Of a stretch of 57,179 bases of DNA, positions 25,400 through 37,100 are shown one piece after another. The stretch lies in NCBI GenBank assembly GCA_000708835.1, contig DF237525.1, positions 1-57,179 of the forward strand. The letters run 5' to 3'. The notes under the pieces were generated by a model that saw only the letters and a list, made by a program, of their open reading frames with translations, did not search any database and had not been told where the DNA came from. The first letter of the stretch is position 1, and each line of letters begins with the position of its first letter. The translations under genes were made by a program, and so were the position numbers. Source of the DNA: Klebsormidium nitens. Lineage: Eukaryota > Plantae > Klebsormidiophyceae.

Positions 25400-27096
25400 A
25401 TAGCAAAATTGAGAACACGCAAGTGGTACATTGCAGGTGCACAAGTTGTGGCGAGAAAATCCGTTTGCACAGAGCTAATTTATGATTGTTGCAAGCACAC
25501 TGGTGTCGGATGAAGTTATTGAACAGGTCTAGGATTGAACTTTCGCATTGGTGGACACCGCTGGATCGATTTCACGCAAAACGGTGTTGACGTCGATAAA
25601 GGTGTTGACTGGTCGTAGGTATAGGGCTTATGGTCACCGATTTGCATGTCTTTTATGACACCTTCCAATCAAGCAGAAGACTCGGGTTCTCATAGTTTAG
25701 AGCCTTTGAAAATCTGCGCGGGCGGTACTGAGCTGCATGGACAAGTGAATTCCAGGCCGGCTAATAAACCTTGCTTTCGTGCAATCAATCTCTGAATGCG
25801 CCTGGCACTTAAATGAGTCATCACCGCGGTTCGTAGAGACAAGCTCAATCCTTCAAATGTTTACTAAATCGCAGCTGCACGTACTTCAATTGAAACGTCG
25901 ACCAGAAAGGAAGTCACATCTTTGCAAGAGCTTAGTATCATTACAGTCGCCAATGATTGGCATGGTTGAACTTGTAACGATCAAGCATGCACACGAGTTG
26001 AAACATGTCGGAAGTTGACAACAAGTGATGTGACCATCAAACAAATGAATGTGTATAGACCAATTGCAGGGTCGCCCATCATTGACTCTATGCATGCGAG
26101 TGATAGACCCAGAAAGCTGTCTTAGTAAGGAACGGTTATATGTTAAGGGGTGTCCCATCCGGCGTTACTAGATTGCAGCATTGATGCTGAGTCACAATAC
26201 GTGGTGGTCCCGGCTTGGCAGATCTGTAATCCTAGGTTCCCCTAGGCTTGCACCAGGTCGATCACCGGAATGGTCACCATCTTGCTGTTACAAACCCTGA
26301 GCCACGCTACCATTTGGGCAACGCTCCCGTGAGACCGGGGTAAAATGACTGAATGCTTGAGGCAACAATGACAATCACGCAAGTCGACACTAATTCGCAC
26401 TTTGTAGCGTTAGCCGCCTTGCCCCCGCCTTGAAGCCTTCTTTAATTCGTGAGTTATACTCGACTGACAATGTGACAAGGATCTCAAAGGCTATAATAAT
26501 CACTGAGTCAGGTGACTCTCATTGTCAACGTGTAGTTTATGCACGTAGATGGTCATTCATGCGTGTATTCGGCCCGTTGATTGAATGAAAAACAACTTCA
26601 AACTAAATTGCTCCAACTGCGAGAGTACGGTAGTTGAAACTTGAGTGGTCTAGCACCGACACTGAGAACCGACACACCAAGTAGCTGGAGTGATACCCAC
26701 AGCAGAAGGTCAAAAAGATTCTTTGGTCTGCTTTGCTTCATAGCAGTAAGCCAATGTGGTGTATGGTGCCTGCAAGGTAGAGCCCCCGGATTCCCCCATT
26801 TGCATTTGATTGAATCAAAGGCTAAAAGCAGCGTCGCAGCAGCCAGATTTGCCCTGACACGTGTCAGAAGGTGATACAGTGACCAGTCAGCTTCCACGAA
26901 GTCGTAGATGTGGCGGAATCGACGGTGCTTATTCTCTCACCTGTCAAATCAAGCTGCCGGGGCCCGGGTGACAGCCCGGCGGGCGTTGGACGGTAGACGG
27001 GCCGGGTGGAGTCTGGAGTCTGGACCAGTACTAATTGGACGGTAGTTTAATATCGATCACTCACGTGCAATGAAACAAAGCCCAAAGAGCGGAAAG

Positions 27097-27340
27097 CGGG
27101 GGGGCTCGGGGGACGGCAGCCCCCCCGTTTTAAAAGGTTTAAAAAAGGTCGGAACAGATGTACCGGTCGGAAAGATAATTCTCAAGAAAGATAATAGTAA
27201 CTTGAAAGCCAAGATAATAGTAAGCTCCGACTAACACTAAAACCCTAACCTTAAATAAAACACCGCCGTATCCACCCTAACGGTAAACCACCATGCTAAC
27301 CCTACCCGTCTCAGTGCGGTTACCTTACTATTATCTCGGC
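27097..27340. mobile_element. Possible non-autonomous transposon remnant (Helitron/Helentron-like or MITE) between genes B and C
   Basis: Perfect 10-bp GC stem CGGGGGGGCT/AGCCCCCCCG (27097-27127) followed by T/A runs. 16/17-bp inverted repeat GCCAAGATAATAGTAAG/CTTACTATTATCTCGGC (27208-27224, 27324-27340) around a CCCTAA-rich core. No TSD or transposase seen. Confidence 0.4.
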
Positions 27341-28102
27341 TAATACTATTTATTTTTCTTGAGTTTCATGTCGGAAAGTCCTCTATGCAGAATCTGGTTA
27401 TAAAAAAGGACACCCGTTATACAGACCGGCGTACCCAAGGCTCGTCGCCCCCGGGAGCCCGGGGGTCGGTCCGGCATAACCGTAGCCTTAGGTCAGCGCA
27501 CCGTATCCGAAAAGGACGGGCATGCCTTGCATGCAGTCCGCCATCCCTGATTTTACGGACAAAGCCAAGTCAGAGCTGGTCAAGTCTTGACTCAACGGAC
27601 ACCACCCAACGGCTACCGCACGAGCCCCGGTATGATACTGCGGAAAGTATGTTGAGACCGACCATATCACCCGGGAGAGCCAAGAATGGCAGAGGCCAGC
27701 TGAGCAAAGGTGATCGGGTGCCAATCGCAGATCAAGCTGGTATGTACCGTCTCTTGTGTACAGATTGGTACTCTCAGATTGGTAACTCCGACAGGACATT
27801 TGCTGTGCATGGCACAGGGTGACTCTGTGAGGAAGAAGAATCTCTGTAGTCCCATTTTATCCAAAGCTGCACAGCATTCCGACACCAGATCTGCAATTGC
27901 GAGCTGTGAGAACGGTTACGTAAAAGAGAGCGGAAGCGAGAGTGGCCAAAATTGGAGGAGCGCCTCGCCAGGTCTGGCGCCATCTTCTCGGCCCCGAGCT
28001 AAGCTCTACATTCACCCTCCCTCGCGCACACAAGTTTGCGGGCGCTCCAGATCTAGACCGGAGAGGACATCTGGTGTCAGTGGTGGGGCGCAGGCGTGCG
28101 CA

Positions 28103-31100
28103 ATGGGGGGCTCCCAGCTGGTGGTGTGTGTTGTTTTCTCTGCTTTATTGCTTCTGGGCACCGCTCAGAGCCAGCCCGTCGGCGCGCCAGCTGTCAACGG
28201 CGGGTTTGCTCCCGCGCCAGCTCCCATAAAGTCAACGCCGGCGCCGGCGCCAGCTGTCACCGGACCCCCTTCTTACATCGCGATCAACTGCGGAGGGCTC
28301 ACTCCTCCAAACGCCTCGATCCCTCAGTACTACGGGGGGGTGAACTACGGATTCGGGAACGGGAGCTTCTACCAGCCAAACAACAGCTACGTCTCGACGG
28401 CGCCCGCAGGAAAGGGCGACATTGTGTTCCTGACGGATAGGTACTATTATGGGACGAGCACCAAGCCGAGGCAGTACCTGGGCTTTGCCCCATTAAGCGG
28501 GGCAGATGGGGCTCTGTACCTGACTGAGAGATATGGCCTCAGCTTCACGTAATTTTCTCTCCTTGCTTTTCTGTCATTCTCCTCGATACTCGAGTGTGTG
28601 GTTTGTCCAATCAGCGTATGTTTCAAGTGAGTGCTTCTCCTCTTCTTTTCTACTTGGCAGATCTGAGTGCTTGTGGCATTTTTTCCCAGCAGTCTTGTTT
28701 CTCTGGCTACTCGATCCTTTTGTAGAAAAGTACGCTTCTTTCTGGCTACCACGTGATTTTCCGTCGTGGTGGTAGTTTCTAATATCTCGAGGCCTTGTAG
28801 GTTTGTGGGAAAGTTGGCATCGTTGGGCAGTGCCCTGGCCCGATCTCCTCATGGCGCCACCTGTCGCCAGATGGAAATTTCTGGAATGTTGATGACGTCA
28901 CGTGAGATCTTCTGGGATCTAATATGAGATCTGGGTTGGTGGAATCCCCTGGTTAGACATCCTAGCTCTTTGGAGCGAGCAAACGATCAATATGGCAAAC
29001 GTTCATGTTGTAGCTCTCAGTAAAAATTTTGATGCAATTGGAGGACTGCCATGACATTTCATTCCAATTCCCGTGTGCTTTTCCTGACTCCAAGTGTAAT
29101 GAGCTCTGTGAACAAACTTTGGACGCAGTGGGGCAAAGAAGGACCTCCATGTGTTGTTCTCCTGCTGCCAGTAATTGTACTATCCTCAACGTCAAAGCCT
29201 TTCAAAGAACAACAAAGCAAGGCATTTCCACCAGAATATCGTCAAGTCCTTCCTGTGAAAGTCTTACAAATGCAAGTGAAAGTAAGACTTTTCAACTGAA
29301 GGTGCGTTTGATGTCAGCATTTGTATACACGGGGCGGTGGGCCACTGGCACACCGCACTACTGATGATGCAGTTTGAAAGAGCTCGCCTTTCACACCTGG
29401 CATAAGAATATTACATTTTTGCCTTTTCGAAAGCCAATCCTGCCTAAAACAGTTCCTGCCTTGCACTCAGAAAACTGCAAACCTGCAAGGTGTTCGGGTT
29501 GCTTGCTCGGCGCTTTGAGTATCTTGCTGGTCTTGTCCGAGATTGCTTGTGTGCAAAGTTGAGCATTTGGGACTTGGACTGTGAATTGTCGAGCTCCACG
29601 GTCTTATACTGCCCACGGTGAGGGCTTATGGGTGGCACTTGGCGGCGTGAATCATTGCACTCACCGCTCATACGCCTTCACTTTCAAAGATGTATTCCGC
29701 TCGCCCAATTTTTGAGAGATTCCGCGGTAAGCAATAAGGATAAAGTTAGCAATAAACTTAGGCTGGCCTGTTTTCTTTGATGATCTGGAGCGCCGTTACT
29801 TTCTTTCATTCAGTACTCTTTCCTGCGGTACCTAGATCAGACTGTCGAGACTCTGAGGAGTTGCCACTCCGTATTTGGTGACGACATGTTGACATGGGAT
29901 TGCTCCTGAAGCCCCACGCAAACTGTCAGCGCATAACGCCATCGAAGGGTCACAACTAGGAGTGTTCCTCGTTAAAGGTTAAGATTGCAGAAAGATAGAT
30001 GGACTTGCAAGCTTGCGTAAGAGAGGCTCTCAAAACCGACGCTCTTAGGACCTCTTCCCTTATAACACCTTTCGTGGCCACTTCCTCTTCTCAACCAGTG
30101 TCTTGCGGTTTGCAGTTACGAACTGGACTTGCCGAACGGCGTCTACAACGTCGACCTCCACTTTGCCGAGACGCAATTCAACCAGGTCGGCGCGCGCGTT
30201 TTCAGCGTCACAATCCAGGGCGTGAAGTCGGTGCCAAACCTCGACATTTTCGCGACCGTGGGCGCCAACACCAGCACCATCGTGACAAGGCAGGCGACGG
30301 TGTCAAACGGCCTCCTCAGGTGAGCGTGCGCCACTTCCGTTGATTCCTGGCAACGTTCTCTCGTGTCCACCACGCTTTACAAACCGGCGAAGGAACTCGG
30401 TGGAAATTGCGAAAGTGAGGGAAGCAGAGTGTTGAACACAATTTCTTGATTCCCAAGCGAGTTCAAACTTGTTAACCAACCAATCGAAAGTTCATCGAAA
30501 TCTCAGGATGTGATGAGTCTTGGGAAACTTTTGCCAATGACACGCCCTGCGGGCAAACTTCGAACCGTGCGTAGTCTATACGCACCAACATGAAGCTTGC
30601 CTGGATTATAATACAGCATCTATGACCAGAACATGTCTCGTTTGGAGACCGCGACAGAATCTCTCAGGAAAAAACGCCCTTGACTGCCTTACGTCTGCAA
30701 AAACCTTTTCTTAGAAGTCATTTCCCCTTCGAGAATCGCTCCCGACACCTGTCTTCCTCTTTGCAGCATTCTTTTCGAGACCGTCTCCTCAAACGTAGGC
30801 GACGGAGAGGCCAAGGTTAACGCCATCCGGGTTTACACGGACTCGAGCACTAACGTGCCCTTCCCGGCCCCCCCGAGCTCCTACTTCGTTGACGCCGGAG
30901 CGAGCGCTTCCCGCGTTTCCCCCGACGGTGTCAACTACACGAGGGACTCTTACTTCTCGAATGGAGGTTAGTGTAACCCGACCCTTCAGCAGGTATTGCT
31001 AGAGTCAATCGTTCCAGCTTTTGACGCCGGAGCGAGCGGTTCCATGTCTTTTCTGACGGCGTTAACCACACCAGGGACTCATACTTCTCAGACGAAGTTA

Positions 31101-34100
31101 GTCTAACCTAATTTTAAGTAGGTCTTGCTAGTGTCGGCATTTTTGCCCTGAAGATTCCCAAATAAATTGTAGTGTAACTTGACTTGAGTAGGTAACGCTA
31201 CTGTCAATTGTTCCACCCTTTACTTCTTACTTCCATAAGAGGGATAGCATGAAGTGCGTGTAACCTATCTTGCAAAAACCAAGCTAAGGGTGTCACGTCA
31301 TACTGGAAAGCAAAGGTTCCAACCGGAGGTCTCAATCCGAACATATCTGTGATGTAACGTCTGCAAGCGCGTCGATTATGATCCAGCACCGTCGTCCCTT
31401 TTCTTTGACTTCGTTCTCTTTCTACCCACAAACTAGGTTACCTCCCCTCCCATCGTCTCCTTTCCGTTGACACAATTCTCCATGCTCAGATCAGTTCAAT
31501 CATCTGCAAGCCACAACTGCAAAACACAGTGAAGTGTCAGAGCTCAAGGCTAGCAGCGGCTCCTTTCTGTCCTCTTCGATTCTGTCTTTCCTTTACGTCT
31601 ACACTTTTTGTTTCCTCTCGTTTCTTTTCGTTCTTGTCGAAGTCCGTCCTTACGATGTACCTCCATCCAACACAATCATCTCAATTTAAATTCTCACAGA
31701 CTCACCTTTCTCAAACAGCCGCCGTCGCCTTCACGTCCGTCGGCGCCCCCTCCCCCCTCTCTGTGGCGCAAACCACCGACGCAATCGTTTACTCCACCGC
31801 TCGCGTCGGCCGCAGCTTCTCGTACTACTTCAACCTTCCGGTTGGCCATTACCGGGTGGAGCTCGCGTTCGTCGAGGGCCAGTTCACACAGCCCGGCCAG
31901 CGGCTGTTCACGGTCGAGATCCAGGTGGGTGTGAACGGGCCTTTTGGGCAGGACTCTTCTCGTCTCACTTTCTAGTTCGGTGAATCTTGTGTTCGGTGAG
32001 AACAGGTCCTTTTGAGCAAGAAACTGGAGGGGAGAGTCTTCCCTTTTTTTGCTCGTCCTAGTTCGACGAGCCTTCTCTTTGGTATGACCAGGTCGGTTTG
32101 AGCAAGACTCGGAGGCGAGTCTCTTCTGTTTTCTCGCTCGTCTCGTTCAACGGACGTTCTCTTTGGTGCTAGCAAAACGTGCACACTTAACCATAGGCCC
32201 GGCATTACGGAATTAAGTGTGGGCCTATGGTTAAGTCCACTTTCTTCCCAATACTATTGCCGTGTTCCCCGGCAACAGTTTTGTCTGCAAACGCTCCTTT
32301 GGGTGAGTGATGTCAAGTCTCGTACTCTCATCTCCCGTACTCACAGGGCATGCAAGCTTTCCCGGTGACTGACCTTCTTGCAAAATCCTTCCTCCGCTGT
32401 CGGTCAAGTTGTTCACCCCCATCCTTGGTTAACCGTTTACTCCCATCTCCAATTGTTTCAAAGTGTCCTCAAGCTTTTTCAGTAATCGACATCATTGCAA
32501 ACCTGTCCGCTGCCCCTTTCCTCGCCCTCAAACCAAAACCCTGGACCCCCATCCTGATTTGAACCATCATCCGCTTCAGGGTGTCCAGGCTTTCCCGACG
32601 ATCGTCACCATCGCGAACTCGACTTACGCCCTTTCCCCCGCCCTTAACCAGTTTTGAAACCCCATTGGTGGCCCTATCTATCGCCCACTTAGACCAAACC
32701 CGTAATCCCTATCGTTGGCTAACCCTTTATCCTTTCCCAATTCTTTATAGGGCGTGCAAGCTTTCCCGACGATCGACATCATCGGAAACTCAACCTACGC
32801 GCTTTCTCCCGCCTTTGACCGAAGTCTTAACCCCCATCCTAAACTCGATTTCCATTTGTTACAGGGCGTGCAAGCTTTCTCGACGATTGATATTATTGGC
32901 AACTCGACCTACGCGCTTTCCCCCGCGCCCGCTCCCGCCCCCGGCCCCGCCTCATACCTTTACACCCCAACCTCGTTCAACCTCACAACCGCGGCCGCCG
33001 TGGCCAACGGGCTGCTCCGGATCGACTTCAACGGAACCAACGGCGGGAACGCGACCGTTTCCGCGATCAAAGTGACACCGCTCAATGCGAACACGAACGG
33101 CACGCTCGCGATCGACTGCGGGTCGCCAATCGACGTGCTGTCCGGGAATGGCGTCATCTTCCAAGCGGATACCAACTTTTCCGCTGGTGGGTTGTCCATT
33201 GCTCGTGCAACTTGTTTCGTTTTTTTGCCGGTGTTGTGAGAGGAGCAGGAGTTGTCTTTCTCTTCTGAGAGAGGGCACATTCTAGCACTAGTGGAGAGCC
33301 AAACAGTGATTCCTGAACACTGGTCGATTACGCTTCCTTCGGCCAATTTCGATGTTGCACATCAGGTGAATCCTAATGTTTTCCTTTTGAGATAGCTGCT
33401 GATGCGATCAACCAATGTATCCAGAGTTGACCTCATCGAATCGGGAAACACGTATCCGCTGATTAGGAATCTCCGTTATGCTGACTGAAGCTTGGTAGAC
33501 AGCACGACTGAAGCTTGGTAGACAGCACCTTCTGTGCAAGGCAAATGTTGCGCCAACCAGCTCAGGTGCCAGCTTTTCTGCTCTTCGGATGCATCGTTGG
33601 CCGCATGACATGAACGGAAGGAAACCTACAAGATCTGACGGTTTCCTTCTTTCACGTTTCGCAGCAAGCTACTCGGTCCAGAGCAACCCGTACCAGGTGT
33701 TTTTGCCGTACAACGATGCTGTCGACGATTTCCTGTACCCCACCGTGCGCCAGGGCAACTTCACCTACAACTTCTCGCTGCCCAATGGGACCTATTTGGT
33801 CACGCTCTACTTTGCCGACCTTAACGCGACTGGTGAGCGTTTGCTCGTCTCTTTTTGACTGCCAAGTACAAAATATTCTATTGTCTTCACCTGAATTTTA
33901 TTGTCGCCCAACGGGACCTATTTGGTCACGCTCTATCGTGCCGACCTGAACGCAAACGTCAATTATCATTCTACACGTCGTGGGGGATTTCCAATTAGAC
34001 CTTGTGCTTGTCAAAGCTTCGGCGACTGGAAGGCTTGCACGTACTCCATGAAACTGTTACGAACTACACGCCGAGGAATCGGAGCGAAACAACCGCCTCG

Positions 34101-37100
34101 AGGCTTACAAAAGGCTTACAAAAGCCTTTTGCCACTTCATTCGCGAATCTGGTTGGAACACGAGCTCTGCTAAGGAGCCTCTTGATGCCATGATCTTAGT
34201 TGAAAGTCAAGTTTAATATCTGGATAGTGTTCGTGCCTTTGACGCTTTCTGTTTCCAACGAAGGGGCGTTTCTCGACGAAGGGGCGTTTCTGTTGGGCTC
34301 AATGCTTCCTATTTCAAGAACAAGGATTGCTTAGAATGTAAGAATCTGTTCCTGACTTAGCATCTGTCGCTTGCAGGGCCCGGTCAGCGCATCTTTGACG
34401 TGTACATTCAGGAGGTGAAGGTGCTCTCGCAACTAGACGTGTATGCCAGGACGGGCGGCGCCATCACCGCATACATCAGACAGGTACTGTCCAAAGCCAT
34501 ATCCCGTGGCGAGTGCAAGATACTGCACATGTATTGTCGATCACGTTTCCTGTGGCGAGTGGAAATGAGTAGTACGTCAAAGTTCGGTGCGTGCTTTACT
34601 CGAGGGCTCTTGCTCGGGCTCTCGCTTTGAAGTAACGTCATAGGATCGAAGCCCGCATTTGATTGGTGCCCATATTCTCTCGCGACATTGCCTTCTAAGG
34701 ATAGTCGTCGGGATTCGTGGACGTATTGCTTTCTACCAACAAGGTTGCAAGTCTCTGCCATTGGAGGGCCATGAGGGGTATGTGAACCTCTTTCGAACTC
34801 ATCTTGGCGCTCCGATTCACCTTCCTGAATCGCGGCCTACGCTGACGTCACCTTTTCCGCCCCGCAGTTCCCCGCCAACGTCACCAGCTCCCGCTTCCTC
34901 TCAATTCGCTTCCAGACCAGCCCCGACGCGCTCTCGCTCCCCAACGTCTCCCCCCAAAACTACGTTTTAAACGGGACCAATTACGCCAACGCTCTTTACC
35001 CCCCCTTCGTGAGCGCCCTCTACGTCGAGCCAGGGATACCCCCGGCCCCCGCACCCGCAAGAACGGTCGTCGCGCAAGCCCCCCGGCCGATCGGACCCCC
35101 CCCACCGCCGGGCGCGCCCGACCCGTACTTCGCTTATGTGAATACCCCGGCGGATCTCCCTCTGGGACCGGTTCCCCCGGTTCCGACCTTTGGGGGCGCG
35201 GCGAGCGCAAACCCGAGCTGCCCTGCCAATGGGGCGCCGCCGCAGGTGGGTGTCAGTTCGATGTGTTTCGATGGGTCCGCTTACGGAAATTCTGGTCAAA
35301 TCCTTTGGAAACATCTTTCTGGGTGACACATCGAGATCTGGGTCCGCTTACGGAAATGCTGGTCAAATCCTTTGGAAACATCTTTCTGGGTGGCTATGAA
35401 GGTTTGGACGAAATCTAGTTACAAACTCTCTCTGGGCTTGCTCGAGAACAATTGTGAGGCTGGCTCATGCAAGGATTGCGCCGTGATTTTTATAACCTCG
35501 TGCCCGAAAACTTTGTGCATAAGCCGAGTTTTTCTTTGACACTCGTCTCTGTCCCTTTTCCTCTCTTCAGGCGATCAATTGCACCGGCCCCTGCCCTCTA
35601 TGGACCCCCCCCTTCGGTCTCAACGTCGCCGTAAATGCCGCCGGCCCCCGCTACGTGTCGTCGTGCGGGATCGTTTTCGAGGACGACTCCAACAACTCGA
35701 CGCGCTGCGGTCAGGGTGACGTCATCCCGCAAGGCGTCCGGTGGTGCAGGTGAGCGCCCGGGAGTCGGTGCGCTTTTGTGCTTTCGCGTACATGCTTCGT
35801 TCCTGTTTGTGAGTGATTCTGGTCGGTTCCACGACCTTGTCTTGGTCCCAGTTCTCCCCCTCACCTTTATTGGTAGAGCTTCCTCTGCATTTGTACCCTC
35901 AAAGTTCTGGTCGTCGGAATCCTCATAGGACATTTCCGGGACTCCAACAATGTCATTTCTATTGATCTGGTCTTAGAACAACCTCAACCCTTCTATGCGT
36001 TGCCTTCAGATTGACTCACTTTTGGTCCGAGTTAAACCCATCTTAGTGAATCCTCTTTGGAGGCGTCCGACTCAAACACTCGTTACAGTGAGTCATCTTT
36101 GGAGGCGCCGAAATCAGCATCCCGCCAACTTTTTATGTTCTATCGGATTCAAGAAAGGGCTTCAAGAAAGGCCGCTAAGGACTCGTCTGCTTGACCCAAA
36201 ACGTAAACACTAAGCAAATCGTTGCACCGCCTGCGTGACCCAAAACGTAAACACTAACCATATTGTTTCACCGCTCGCGTGACCCAAAACGTAAACACTA
36301 ACCAGATCGTTACACCGCTCGCGTGACCCAAAACGTAAACACTAACCGAATGGTTACACCGTTCGCGCAGAACCAACATCAAGGGACCTGAGGGCGGTTA
36401 CCAATTCTCAACGGGCGAGGGCATTTTCAACACGTCCGACCCGACCATTTTCCAGAGCGAGTTCATCGGATACAACACGTACAAGTGAGCGACTGTGCTA
36501 CCGCAGCAACATGCCGTTTGGGCATTGATTGTTCTCGTTCGATTCTGCCCGAAAGATGTAAACGCTACGGATAGTGTGAATGTCAGTTTGCCCAACTCGT
36601 CAAACGATTGGCAATCCGATATAAGAGGGCCGATGCAGGTACATTAAAGTGATGAAATAAGCCTTTGTCTGCATGTTTTCAGATCACCACCAATCCCAGA
36701 TCCCCAAACGTATTGCCCAAATTGCAAAACATACAAACTGAAAAGTGCTCAACCCGCATCGCATGTAAGTAAGGTATTGCGCAATCCCTTCTTCTCCATG
36801 TTTTGTCAGGAGATTTCGAGCTCCTTTTGCCTTCGTAAAGAAAAGCCCTATACTCCCAGCTGCACTTGAGCAGGAAAAAACAATCTGACAAATCATTAAA
36901 ATATATCTCTCGTGCTCGTGAAATTGCGACGCTTCTTAGGGCTTTAGAACAGATGCTAGAAACCGTTTCTGTCTCCAAACTTCGAAATGCTAGAGAGGAC
37001 GTGGTTTCGGCGACGCGCCATTAAGCAAACCGACTCGCTGGTCGACCATGTCTCGTCACCGTGTGATCTTTTAAGGATTTTAGTAGGGCGACCATCGTAG

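Noticed and set aside
27235-27305. Interstitial telomere (CCCTAA-like words)
   Set aside because: Scattered words, not a tandem array.
32344-36370. CRISPR-like arrays (repeats with variable spacers)
   Set aside because: Eukaryotic intronic tandem duplications of exon edges; no unique spacers and no cas genes.
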